From positions 1 through 31,001 of the forward strand of contig JBAXBA010000038.1 of NCBI GenBank assembly GCA_037142195.1: a stretch of DNA of 31,001 nt. The letters are read 5' to 3'. The notes under the pieces were generated by a model. That model saw only the letters and a program-made list of their open reading frames with translations, made no database searches and had not been told where the DNA came from. The translations under genes and the position numbers were made by a program. Source of the DNA: Pseudomonadota bacterium (GTDB lineage: Bacteria > Bdellovibrionota_B > Oligoflexia > Oligoflexales > CAIMVM01). Below, piece after piece: positions 1 to 10,143 of the stretch. How positions within the stretch are numbered: the stretch's first letter is position 1; each line of letters opens with the position of its first letter.

Positions 1-48
1 CCAGGAATTCAGTCTGGAGTCGGCTGATAAAGGATTTTGATCTCTGCC

Positions 49-612
49 TTAGGAAGCAGCTTTTTCAGAAACTTCTACGGAATTTTTGTTTTTTTCGTAG
101 CTGGCACACTCTAGTATTTTAGAGCTGTCCAAAATTCCGCTGATTTTTCCCTCAACCTTTGTTACGCGAGTGATAATATCTACATTTGGGTTTTTTGTTG
201 GGAGCGCTTGAATTTCGATTTCCGACGGTGAAAATGACGCAACCACTGTGATTCCATCCACAAGCAGACCGGCATATGCTTTTTCTGTTCTTACAATAAT
301 GATTCTTGATGACATACTTGCTTCCGTCCGACTGTATCCCATCATCTTGCGCAAATTTATGGTAGGAATTATGGTTCCACGAACATTGATAATTCCCTCA
401 ATGTACTCCATACTTCTGGGTACATAGGTTATGGGCACCAGCATAATAATTTCTGATACATTGGAAATGGGAAGATAAAAGATTTCATCTGTTATTTTAA
501 AACCAATAAACCTTTCTTTCTCCTTAAAGTCCCCCTCGAGCTCGCCGTCTAAACTTCCCCGAGGAGAGAAGAATCCTAACTCTTCCGTCATTGAATTTGC
601 CAAATGTTCCAT
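49..612 (-). CDS. cheW: Chemotaxis coupling protein CheW
   Basis: CheW motifs (FIGFKI..., ITYVPRSMEYIEGIINVRGTIIPTINLR, GLLVD); GGAG RBS; 10 bp downstream of cheA. Confidence 0.95.
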   Translation of the reverse strand: MEHLANSMTEELGFFSPRGSLDGELEGDFKEKERFIGFKITDEIFYLPISNVSEIIMLVPITYVPRSMEYIEGIINVRGTIIPTINLRKMMGYSRTEASMSSRIIIVRTEKAYAGLLVDGITVVASFSPSEIEIQALPTKNPNVDIITRVTKVEGKISGILDSSKILECASYEKNKNSVEVSEKAAS

Positions 613-622
613 GTTAGATCTC

Positions 623-3268
623 CTAAGCTGCTACGTTTTGACGCCCTTGCTGTCTCACAAAAAACTCCACCTCTGCCATGTCAAGTACCAAAACAGCCTC
701 ACCATTGCCTAAGATTGCACCGCCCGCAACGCAAGGAATCTGTTTCAAAAGGGCTCCCATGGGCTTAATCACCATTTCTTGCTGATTTAGTAGGTGGTCA
801 ACAACAATTCCAAATTTCTTGTCGCCTGTTCCGATAACAACTACAAATAGTCTCTTGTGGCGTTTGCTTCGTTCAAGATTGTCCTCTGCTTGATTGAACT
901 TATACCAAATCTTTTTGTCCTTATCGTTTAGGTCTAGAACTTTGTTAAGATAGACTAGAGGCAATATGGAATCACGTCGCTTAATGACTTCAGAATTACC
1001 AATATGTTGAATCTCGCTTGGGTGAATACGAATAGATTCTACTACTGTACTCAGAGGTATTGCGAAAACATCAGACTCACTTTTTACCAAAAGACTTTGA
1101 ACAATCGCAAGTGTCAATGGAAGATTTATGGTAATCGTGCTTCCTTTTCCAACTGCACTTTGGATATCAATGTTGCCTTTCAACTTGGAAATCTGTCGTT
1201 TAACGACATCCATTCCCACTCCTCGCCCAGAGAGATTGGTTACATTTTCTACAGTAGAGAAACCGGCTTCAAAAATGAGATTGAGGCACTCTTTAGGCGA
1301 CAAGATGGCGTCTTCTTTTATAATCCCTTTTTCGATGGCCTTTGCTTTAATTCTTGCGCTATCCATGCCTTTTCCATCATCCGTGATGGAAATGATGATT
1401 TGATTCCCTTCTTGCCTTGCAGAAAGCTCGATAGATGCCTTCCCGTGCTTCCCATTTTTCTGACGTTCTGCCTGAGTTTCACAACCATGATCGCAGGCAT
1501 TTCGAATCAAGTGAACCAAGGGATCCCCTAGCTGTTCGACAAGCGTCTTATCAAGCTCAGTATCTTCTCCAATGATGGTCAACTCAATTTCTTTGCCCAA
1601 CTGACGTGAAATATCTCTAACGATTCTCGTAAATTTATTAAAGGTATTTCCAATAGGAACCATTCGAACTTTCATGATGATGTCTTGTATCTCATTCATG
1701 TGACGTCCGAATAATTGCACAGTTTCTGACATTTTTGCGGTGATGTCGTGCTCTTTGGTCTTCACACGAATGTCTTCTTCGATATTAACAAATCTACCGC
1801 GGTCAATTACCAGTTCTCCCACCAAATTCACTAATGCATCCAGTCTTTCAATATCTACCTTTATGGTTGAATTTTCTTGCTGCTTAGCGGCTGGTTCGTG
1901 CCCTTCAGCAGAAGAATCAGCTTTATGCTCGGAATGGTTTTCCTTCTTCGCTGCTGATTTTTCAACTGTCTCAACTTGTGGAAGATTAGAGTCGCGGGTG
2001 TAAGTACCTGCACACACCTTGTTTAGCTTGGTTATAAGTTGACTTGTCAGGACTCCAGAAGGACGATTGTTCCTAACTCCATCTAGAAGCTTTCTCATCA
2101 CATCCATAGCTTGAAATACAACGTCGATAGTGTCGGGATTGGCAACGGCTTTGCCCTTGCGAACTAGGTCGAAATAGTTCTCAAGGCGGTGCATAACTCT
2201 TTCCAGCGCCTTAAATCCAAACATTCCTGCGGCACCTTTTAGAGTATGAGCAGCTCTAAATATTTCTTCAATTACGTTTTTACTTGTAGGGTTTTGTTCC
2301 AGCGCAAGAATTTGAGTATCAAGATTTTCCATCAAATCGTCTGCGTTTGAGAGAAAGTCGTTCATCATTTCAGGATCACTTGCGAATTCGGAACCACTAA
2401 ATTCTTCGATTTCCTCTTCCTGTTCCTCAGAATCATCTGCATCTTTATGGATTTCCTTCGCTGAAACATTGCGTGCTGAAACTTTCGGAGGCGGCTCTTT
2501 TGGACTTTCGTCCAAATTACCTTCGTCTCCACCAAAAGCGGACAGCAGCTCTAGAGCTTCTTCATCCGCATTGGTTTGGGAGAAGTCTTTTTTGCTTTTT
2601 TGAGGTTCGTTCTTCAAATTGCCGGACTTAGCTGCTGGCTGACTCGGCGAGTCCATCTCATTTAGAAGCCTCATTGCTTCATCATCATCAATTTCAGAAC
2701 CGGAAGAAGCAGGTGCATCCATCTCTGCCAAAAGCATGGCCGCCTCATCGTCATCGATTTCTGCGCTTTGGTGTTCTACTAATGGCGCATCCATCGACTC
2801 AAGAAGACGCATGGCTTCCTCATCATCGATTTCAGCTGGAGTTTGATTTTCCATGGATTCGATTCCTGAATCTTCAACATGCTCGTCAGCACTGCCGAGC
2901 AGTTCTTCATTGATGCTGTCAGATTCACCTTCCATAATGTCAAAGTCAGTGTCGTTTAGTGACATATCGTCATTATGGGAGCTCTCTATTTCCGCTTGAT
3001 GAGATGGAAAGGCTTTATTTAGCTCCAAATCTAAGTTGGATTGACCATTTTTAATCTTAAATGAAAAAGAGTCTTCGGTACCATTTTTGGCCACTACCCA
3101 AGCTACAAAATTAGAATAGGGCTCGTGAAATGCGAGTAAATTTTCAACAAGATCCGCTGGTAGCTCTTCATAGGAACCTGACCTGACCAGGTTTTTGAGG
3201 GCCCTGTGTAACTCTGGCATTTCAGTCTTGATCAATTCAATAAGCTTTAATTGTGAGTCTTTATCCAT
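623..3268 (-). CDS. cheA: Chemotaxis histidine kinase CheA with long acidic N-terminal extension
   Basis: Hpt FRAAHTLKG, dimerisation (LDALVNLVGELVI), HATPase N/G1/F/G2 boxes (HLIRNACDHG, DDGKG, IFEAGFST, SGRGVGMDVV), LPLTLAI and C-terminal CheW-like P5. Confidence 0.97.
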   Translation of the reverse strand: MDKDSQLKLIELIKTEMPELHRALKNLVRSGSYEELPADLVENLLAFHEPYSNFVAWVVAKNGTEDSFSFKIKNGQSNLDLELNKAFPSHQAEIESSHNDDMSLNDTDFDIMEGESDSINEELLGSADEHVEDSGIESMENQTPAEIDDEEAMRLLESMDAPLVEHQSAEIDDDEAAMLLAEMDAPASSGSEIDDDEAMRLLNEMDSPSQPAAKSGNLKNEPQKSKKDFSQTNADEEALELLSAFGGDEGNLDESPKEPPPKVSARNVSAKEIHKDADDSEEQEEEIEEFSGSEFASDPEMMNDFLSNADDLMENLDTQILALEQNPTSKNVIEEIFRAAHTLKGAAGMFGFKALERVMHRLENYFDLVRKGKAVANPDTIDVVFQAMDVMRKLLDGVRNNRPSGVLTSQLITKLNKVCAGTYTRDSNLPQVETVEKSAAKKENHSEHKADSSAEGHEPAAKQQENSTIKVDIERLDALVNLVGELVIDRGRFVNIEEDIRVKTKEHDITAKMSETVQLFGRHMNEIQDIIMKVRMVPIGNTFNKFTRIVRDISRQLGKEIELTIIGEDTELDKTLVEQLGDPLVHLIRNACDHGCETQAERQKNGKHGKASIELSARQEGNQIIISITDDGKGMDSARIKAKAIEKGIIKEDAILSPKECLNLIFEAGFSTVENVTNLSGRGVGMDVVKRQISKLKGNIDIQSAVGKGSTITINLPLTLAIVQSLLVKSESDVFAIPLSTVVESIRIHPSEIQHIGNSEVIKRRDSILPLVYLNKVLDLNDKDKKIWYKFNQAEDNLERSKRHKRLFVVVIGTGDKKFGIVVDHLLNQQEMVIKPMGALLKQIPCVAGGAILGNGEAVLVLDMAEVEFFVRQQGRQNVAA
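2645..2833 (-). repeat. Three in-frame 51-nt (17-aa) repeats EIDD[D/E]EAxxLLxxMD[A/S]P within cheA
   Basis: Copies at 2783-2833 (EIDDEEAMRLLESMDAP), 2711-2761 (EIDDDEAAMLLAEMDAP) and 2645-2695 (EIDDDEAMRLLNEMDSP); degenerate fourth copy at 2528-2569 (ADEEALELLSAFGG). Confidence 0.9.
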
Positions 3269-3273
3269 GGGAT

Positions 3274-3786
3274 TCAGTTTCCTCGATTGACATGTTTTAA
3301 GAATGAAAAATAGCTATCTTCCAAAGCATCAAATGCAAGTGAATCACCACTCGCCCCATCAACCATGGGAGGTGCTTCATTTTTTGCCAGAAAGGGGGCG
3401 TGAAAGTCTACTTTGATAAGACAGATGATTTCTTTTCCTGTCGCCTGATGAAAGTAGGGAGCATAGAACGACTCAATTTTGGCACTACCCAAAGACTCTG
3501 GCACCATATTAAACTGGTCCACCATGATTACTGAGCAATCTTCAAATATGAGTGATTTTGTATTTTTAAACGCAGTAACTAATTTGATCCATTCTCTAAT
3601 TCCAGTAGACGAAATTCTCTGAACCTGACTCAAGTCAAATACTACATCTTTGTTTTGAGCGCGAGGAATGTCTTGCTCCCTAACTTTATCGTCTAGGGCG
3701 CCTTTAAAAGTGTATTTTGACTTATCTTCAAATGTCGCTATTTCAACTACAAGAGAAGAAAATTCAATTGTCTTTTTGGTGGTCAT
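3274..3786 (-). CDS. STAS/anti-anti-sigma-like protein
   Basis: G-x-LD, VVFDLSQVQRISSTGIREW matches the STAS DxSxV..I.SxG signature; C-terminal SFYAPY...FD..EDSYFSFL. Start uncertain: ATG 3786 or TTG 3840, which overlaps the upstream stop. Confidence 0.7.
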   Translation of the reverse strand: MTTKKTIEFSSLVVEIATFEDKSKYTFKGALDDKVREQDIPRAQNKDVVFDLSQVQRISSTGIREWIKLVTAFKNTKSLIFEDCSVIMVDQFNMVPESLGSAKIESFYAPYFHQATGKEIICLIKVDFHAPFLAKNEAPPMVDGASGDSLAFDALEDSYFSFLKHVNRGN

Positions 3787-3836
3787 GTTTTGCTTTTCAT
3801 CCTCCACTGTCACTGATCGGAGAATGAACGGCAATC

Positions 3837-4862
3837 TCAAGGCTGACTTGCCGCCAGGAATGCCACTGAACTAGCTAGAATCATAGCTTCTTTAATGCTT
3901 TTTGGGGAAATCTCAGAAAGGGTGTCGGAGGGCTGATGCCAATGCTGTAGGTTGTTGAAATCAATTAGATTTATTGTAGGTATTCCAAGCTTGCTAAACG
4001 CGACATGATCATCATCAATCATGTCCTTACGATCGCCTATCACATGAGTCAACTGGTGGAACTCAGCTGCAAGCAATAGCTTTTTTTCTAAGTCGGGATG
4101 AGTCGCAGCATCTAATGATAATTTCAAATGAGGAGAACCTATCATGTCCAAAAGGATGACTGCCTTTAGAGACTTAAGATGTCCTTTTATATTAATACAG
4201 TAATCAGGAGCGCATTCAGAAAGTTCTGAGGCTAATTGGCGCGAACCATAAGTATGGTCTTTTATGGTCGCTGGATGTTTGAGCTCCCCGTCTGCCCAAT
4301 TCGGCAACACAGACTCCTCACCGTCAAACCAAATCCCTAAAATTCCGCACGGATTAGAGTTCCATTTAAGACGAGCCAAGCTTTTAAGTATCGCGACCAG
4401 CGCCGCACTTGATGATGCGGAGTCGTTAGCTCCTAAATACTCGAACCCATCTATATGTTTCGTATCATAATGACTTGCAACAGCCACTAGGCACGGTTTA
4501 TCAAAGTCTTCTTTAGAAACGGCTAAAATGTTTTTACCGCTTTTAGAAACCGTAAGGGAGGGAGTCTCCCCCGCCGGGGAGGAAGACTCCGTGCTGTTTA
4601 CCAATGCTTTCGGATTAGGTGTGATCGCAGTAAAGGAACGCTCTTCTACGACTGTTCCTCCTGACTGAAGCAGGGCAACAAGGTCATCAGCTACCTTTTT
4701 TTGTTCCTCAGAACCAAAAGGGTGGCTGCGCTTCGTCATCATCTCAAGAACCATCTGGGTGACTTTTTCGTCAAAATCCACCGACTTCATGACAGATAGT
4801 TTCTGAGTTTCGCTTTGACAGGTACATCCAAATATAAAAATGCAAACCCAAAGAAATTTCAT
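3837..4862 (-). CDS. M28-family zinc enzyme, type II glutaminyl cyclase-like, predicted lipoprotein
   Basis: Signal with lipobox-like IFGC; motifs SHYDTK, GANDSASS, FDGEE, YGSR, LLDMIG, DDDHVAF, WHQPSD. Confidence 0.85.
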   Translation of the reverse strand: MKFLWVCIFIFGCTCQSETQKLSVMKSVDFDEKVTQMVLEMMTKRSHPFGSEEQKKVADDLVALLQSGGTVVEERSFTAITPNPKALVNSTESSSPAGETPSLTVSKSGKNILAVSKEDFDKPCLVAVASHYDTKHIDGFEYLGANDSASSSAALVAILKSLARLKWNSNPCGILGIWFDGEESVLPNWADGELKHPATIKDHTYGSRQLASELSECAPDYCINIKGHLKSLKAVILLDMIGSPHLKLSLDAATHPDLEKKLLLAAEFHQLTHVIGDRKDMIDDDHVAFSKLGIPTINLIDFNNLQHWHQPSDTLSEISPKSIKEAMILASSVAFLAASQP

Positions 4863-4871
4863 TTTCTTCCA

Positions 4872-6149
<1,278 letters not shown>

Positions 6150-6249
6150 TTAATTTAGTGTAAGGGCTATATGTTGTAATTCGAGGCGCTTGTTATGACA
6201 ACCCATAATTGTCAAAGCTTGACGCCCCTCATCATGATTAGGAGAAAAA

Positions 6250-7791
6250 ATGACAAATCGCTCTCATCTAGACTATGAAGTGACTTGGAAGGACAGCTTA
6301 CCCGCGGTGCTCCCATGGATGGAAAAATGCATGTTTACGCCTGCTATGACCATTCCACTGTCTCATACCTTATTAATCACAGTAACAGAAGAAAAAGAGC
6401 AACTCGCCCTGCCCAAGGGCAATATCTCTATTGAACTAGCCACGAAAATAGGTGCCCAATGCAAAATATTGGGCTGGTCCGGCTCTAAGGGAAGTCAAAT
6501 CATAGTCATCGACGATAGGCCTATGATTCTTGTAAGTATCAGTAAGATAAAGACTACTTCGATTCAAAAGGCGCGGCAAGCGGGGCTAGATGGCGCCGCA
6601 GCTTTAAGTTCTATAAATATTTCGAATCTATGCATCGTAGGATCTGGGGACCTATCGCCGGCGGATGTACTCGACGGATTTTTGCAAGGCCTTTATTCTC
6701 CTGCGGGCTTTAAGAAAACAAAATCGACAATTCCCAAAAATTGGCCGGGGGCCGTCTCTTTGCTTGGAGTTAATCATTCAGAAATCCAGACAGCTCTGAG
6801 GCTTAGTCGCGCAACATTAATTGCAAGACACCTCCAGGACGCTCCGCCCAATTGGCTGACACCCAAAAAATTTGGGGAAGTTGCTAAAAGTTTAGGCTCT
6901 GAATTTGGCATAAAAGTGAGTTTAAAGGGCCAAGAGGAGATGCAAGCTCTAGGCATGGGAGCTTTGCTAGGAGTCGCTTCAGGTTCCGTCAACGAGCCCC
7001 AACTGATTAGCATGGAATTGGATGGAGAGGACCAGTCTCGAACTCTTGCACTGATCGGAAAAGGGCTCACATTTGATTCCGGTGGAATTTCTCTGAAACC
7101 TGCTGACGGTATGGATGAAATGAAATTCGATATGTCTGGCGGTGCTGCCGTCTTAGGAGCCATGATTGCGCTGAGTCGCCAAAAACTACCGATAAGAACT
7201 GTCGGATTGATTGGTGCTGTAGAAAATATGCCAGGTCATACCGCTTTGAAACCAGGAGATATCTTAAAAACTATGAGCGGCAAGACCATCGAGGTCCTGA
7301 ACACTGACGCCGAAGGGCGACTGGTTTTGGCAGATGTGATGGAATACGCAAAGGTCCATTACAAGCCGAGCCTTATGATTGACGTAGCCACACTTACTGG
7401 TGCTATTATTGTTGCTCTTGGAAAGTCAGGTGCTGGGGTCATGTCCAATCATGAATTTGCTGAAAAATTTGTCGTAGCGACTTCCCAAAAATGTGGGGAA
7501 CCAAGCTGGGCCTTACCCCTTTGGCCAGAGCTTGACATTGAGGTCACTTCTGAAATTGCAGACCTGAAGAATATCACTTCCAGCTCGGTGAAGGCTGGGG
7601 CACTCACAGCTGGCGCTTTTTTAAGTCAGTTTGCGGAACAAACCCCCTGGGTTCACATCGATATTGCAGGAACAGGTTGGAATGCAAAAATAACAGGATC
7701 TCCTACAAAAGGCGGCTCTGGGTTTGGCGTGCGCACTCTCGCTCGCATATGCCAGGATGTTCTTTCATTTTTAAATAAAAGCGGCACATAA
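6250..7791 (+). CDS. pepA: Leucyl aminopeptidase (M17)
   Basis: GKGLTFDSGG, MKFDMSG, NTDAEGRL, ATLTGA, HIDIAG; AGGAGA RBS before the ATG. Confidence 0.95.
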   Translation: MTNRSHLDYEVTWKDSLPAVLPWMEKCMFTPAMTIPLSHTLLITVTEEKEQLALPKGNISIELATKIGAQCKILGWSGSKGSQIIVIDDRPMILVSISKIKTTSIQKARQAGLDGAAALSSINISNLCIVGSGDLSPADVLDGFLQGLYSPAGFKKTKSTIPKNWPGAVSLLGVNHSEIQTALRLSRATLIARHLQDAPPNWLTPKKFGEVAKSLGSEFGIKVSLKGQEEMQALGMGALLGVASGSVNEPQLISMELDGEDQSRTLALIGKGLTFDSGGISLKPADGMDEMKFDMSGGAAVLGAMIALSRQKLPIRTVGLIGAVENMPGHTALKPGDILKTMSGKTIEVLNTDAEGRLVLADVMEYAKVHYKPSLMIDVATLTGAIIVALGKSGAGVMSNHEFAEKFVVATSQKCGEPSWALPLWPELDIEVTSEIADLKNITSSSVKAGALTAGAFLSQFAEQTPWVHIDIAGTGWNAKITGSPTKGGSGFGVRTLARICQDVLSFLNKSGT

Positions 7792-7820
7792 GCTGCCTAT
7801 GAAGGCATCTCTCGTATTGT

Positions 7821-7866
7821 GAAGGTGGAGATTGCCTTCTTCAATAGGCAATCTCCACCTTCTTTT
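7821..7866 (+). terminator. Intrinsic terminator after pepA
   Basis: Perfect 17-bp stem gaaggtggagattgcct / aggcaatctccaccttc with an 8-nt loop, followed by a T-tract. Confidence 0.8.
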
Positions 7867-8088
7867 CTGCGCCACCTTTAGGAAACACAATTCCCTATTC
7901 ATCCGTCGATTCCTCAAGGTCAATACCAAAACTAGGATTGGCTATTTTCATAGACCTGAACCTATGGGAAAATATTTTAAAATAAGTAAAGTGCCGTTTT
8001 ATTTGTGAGAAATTCCTTTTGAATACTTAAGGCTCTTTTAGTTTTTTTGACTTAGAGCCCGCATGATTGTGCCTGAATAGGAAAAGTA

Positions 8089-8117
8089 TTGACGGGCCCT
8101 TTCGCTGAAAGTATAGG
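8089..8117 (+). promoter_or_regulatory. Putative sigma70-type promoter for the phosphoesterase gene
   Basis: TTGACG-N17-TATAGG about 55 nt upstream of the ATG; the -10 element is imperfect. Confidence 0.4.
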
Positions 8118-8171
8118 AACATAAGCCCCAAAGTTTAGCTTTTATACTAAAAAGAATAAGGAAGTTAGAGC

Positions 8172-9008
8172 ATGCTCAAATTTGTTCTTCTCACGAATCT
8201 ATGGCTTTTATCTGGATTTAACATTTTTGCAGCCCCAATGGGGCAAAACTTTAAAAAAATTGTCGTGGTTTTCTTTGAAAATGAAGATCGAAGCCGCGTT
8301 ATTGATCAGCCTTTTTTTAACGAGCTCACACAGCTCGGTACTAGTTTTTCTAACTTCGTCTGCGCAGGACACCCGTCGCAACCAAATTACATCGCATTCG
8401 TATCAGGGACCCGAAATGGGGTTTTTGATAACGAACCTCATGTAATTGATGCGCGACATATCGTGGACCTTCTAGAAGAACACGGACTCACTTGGAAGAC
8501 CTACGCCGAAGGATATCCTGGAGACTGCTTTTTAGGAACTGAAGCAGGGAAGTACGCAAGACGGCATGTTCCATTTCTTTCTTTTAAAAACATTCAAGAC
8601 AACCCAGAAAGGTGTGATCGTATTGTTTCTGGAGAGCAGTTTAAAGCAGATCTGGAAGATGGAAATTTACCGACCTTTTCATTATACATCCCAGACAATA
8701 ACAACAATGGACATGACACCGGCGTCGCCTATGCCTCGAAGTGGGCGGATGCTTTTTTTAGACCCCTAATCTCTAATCCTAATTTAGCTAAAGATACCCT
8801 GTTTGTATTTACTTTTGACGAAAGCAGATACTTTGGATTTCGCAACATCTACACGGTTTTTGTTGGCGCCGGAACGATTCCTGGAAAAGTCATATCCACG
8901 CGCTCTAAACATTACGACATTCTTAGAACTATTGAAGATGAATTCCATCTAGGAACCCTTGGTAAGAACGACGTCAATTCAAGATACCTTCAGGAAATCT
9001 TTGAGTGA
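8172..9008 (+). CDS. Secreted phosphoesterase / acid phosphatase (phosphoesterase family, alkaline phosphatase superfamily)
   Basis: Signal peptide; VVFFEN, HPSQPNYIA, YARRHVPF, NNGHDT, TFDE, HYDILRTIE motifs. Confidence 0.9.
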   Translation: MLKFVLLTNLWLLSGFNIFAAPMGQNFKKIVVVFFENEDRSRVIDQPFFNELTQLGTSFSNFVCAGHPSQPNYIAFVSGTRNGVFDNEPHVIDARHIVDLLEEHGLTWKTYAEGYPGDCFLGTEAGKYARRHVPFLSFKNIQDNPERCDRIVSGEQFKADLEDGNLPTFSLYIPDNNNNGHDTGVAYASKWADAFFRPLISNPNLAKDTLFVFTFDESRYFGFRNIYTVFVGAGTIPGKVISTRSKHYDILRTIEDEFHLGTLGKNDVNSRYLQEIFE

Positions 9009-9073
9009 TCTCATTTAAAAAGTGGTGTTTTGGCGCCTTCGAAGTGATGGAATTTCAGCTTAAGAGCTGGTAG

Positions 9074-10111
9074 TCAATGCTCTGCAAATATATTCTTCTG
9101 TGCGATGCGCCATATTTTTTGGTCTAGAGACGCCAATAGAAAAGTCTCCATGTTTTTTCTTTTTACCCAAATACCTTCACCTTGAGGTGCCTCGAGAGAG
9201 TGTAAAAATGTTGCTGTTATTTTATATTTGGTAATGTTGTGCTTTACAGAGTGTTTCAAAGGAAGAGATTTTTTTTGAGTCTCTTTTATGGGAAATCCTA
9301 TAGTTCCTTTGAGAAGAAGGGAATCTTCACTTCTCTTAACTAAGAAGATGTTATCTCCATCAGTATGTAAAGTAGCTAATAGGGATAATTTCAAGAATTC
9401 CTTAGGAGCCTTTGGCCCCGGGCATTGGGATTGAGTTTGGAGCTTGTGCGCCAAGCAGTGTTTCGAAATAGGACATTCCGAACAGCGCGGGGATGAAATG
9501 CGGCAAACGGTTTGCCCTAATTCCATAACTGACTGATTGAGATCCCCTGGCTCGCCAAGTTCAGTGAGTCTTGACATGAATGAGAAAAAAATTGATTTCC
9601 ATTGAGGTGTCGACACGACCTCTTGGATGTTGAAAATACGGGCTAAAACTCGCTCCACGTTTCCATCTACAACACCCACTGCCTCATTGAGAGTAATACT
9701 CGCAATAGCAGCAGAAGTGTATGGCCCAACTCCTGCAATATCTTGCCACTTAGTTCGGGACTGAGGATATCCCTCTTGAGTCACTTGTAGTGCGCCTTTT
9801 TGCAAAAGTGCAAATCTTCGATAGTATCCCAAGCCCGAAACATAGGGTCTAATGCTTTCTTCGTCCGCTTCAGCAAAAGCCTCAGCGCTTGGAAAGCGCT
9901 TCATAAATGCAATGTATTTTGGAATTACAGCCGCAATTACGGTTTGCTGCAGCATAACTTCGCTCACCCAAACGCACCATGGCGACCTTGTTTTCCCCCA
10001 AAGAACTCGCCAGGGATGCGAGCCTCTGTGAGGAGAATACCAAGTTTGCAACGCATCAACCATTTGATTAAGCGATGAAGTAGAAAATCTCTCGATGGAT
10101 TGAGACATCAT
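9074..10111 (-). CDS. mutY: A/G-specific adenine glycosylase
   Basis: WVSEVMLQQT, GLGYYRR, HhH GVGPYT, VDGNVERV, 4Fe-4S motif C-x6-C-x2-C-x5-C; shortened C-terminal domain. Confidence 0.93.
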   Translation of the reverse strand: MMSQSIERFSTSSLNQMVDALQTWYSPHRGSHPWRVLWGKTRSPWCVWVSEVMLQQTVIAAVIPKYIAFMKRFPSAEAFAEADEESIRPYVSGLGYYRRFALLQKGALQVTQEGYPQSRTKWQDIAGVGPYTSAAIASITLNEAVGVVDGNVERVLARIFNIQEVVSTPQWKSIFFSFMSRLTELGEPGDLNQSVMELGQTVCRISSPRCSECPISKHCLAHKLQTQSQCPGPKAPKEFLKLSLLATLHTDGDNIFLVKRSEDSLLLKGTIGFPIKETQKKSLPLKHSVKHNITKYKITATFLHSLEAPQGEGIWVKRKNMETFLLASLDQKIWRIAQKNIFAEH

Positions 10112-10143
10112 AAAACCTATGTATAGAACGAAAGAAAATAGAC

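Noticed and set aside
1004..1531. 175-aa plus-strand ORF and the many other 60-140 aa ORFs lying antisense or out of frame within long genes
   Set aside because: Shadow ORFs of well-supported genes, with no motifs or RBS support.
2645..2833. Spaced repeats as a possible CRISPR array
   Set aside because: In-frame, codon-degenerate copies inside cheA with 15-21 nt linkers; no cas genes.
3783..3800. Mini-ORF MKSKT overlapping the STAS start (ATGA)
   Set aside because: GGAGG abuts its ATG with zero spacing, so initiation is unlikely; probably chance.
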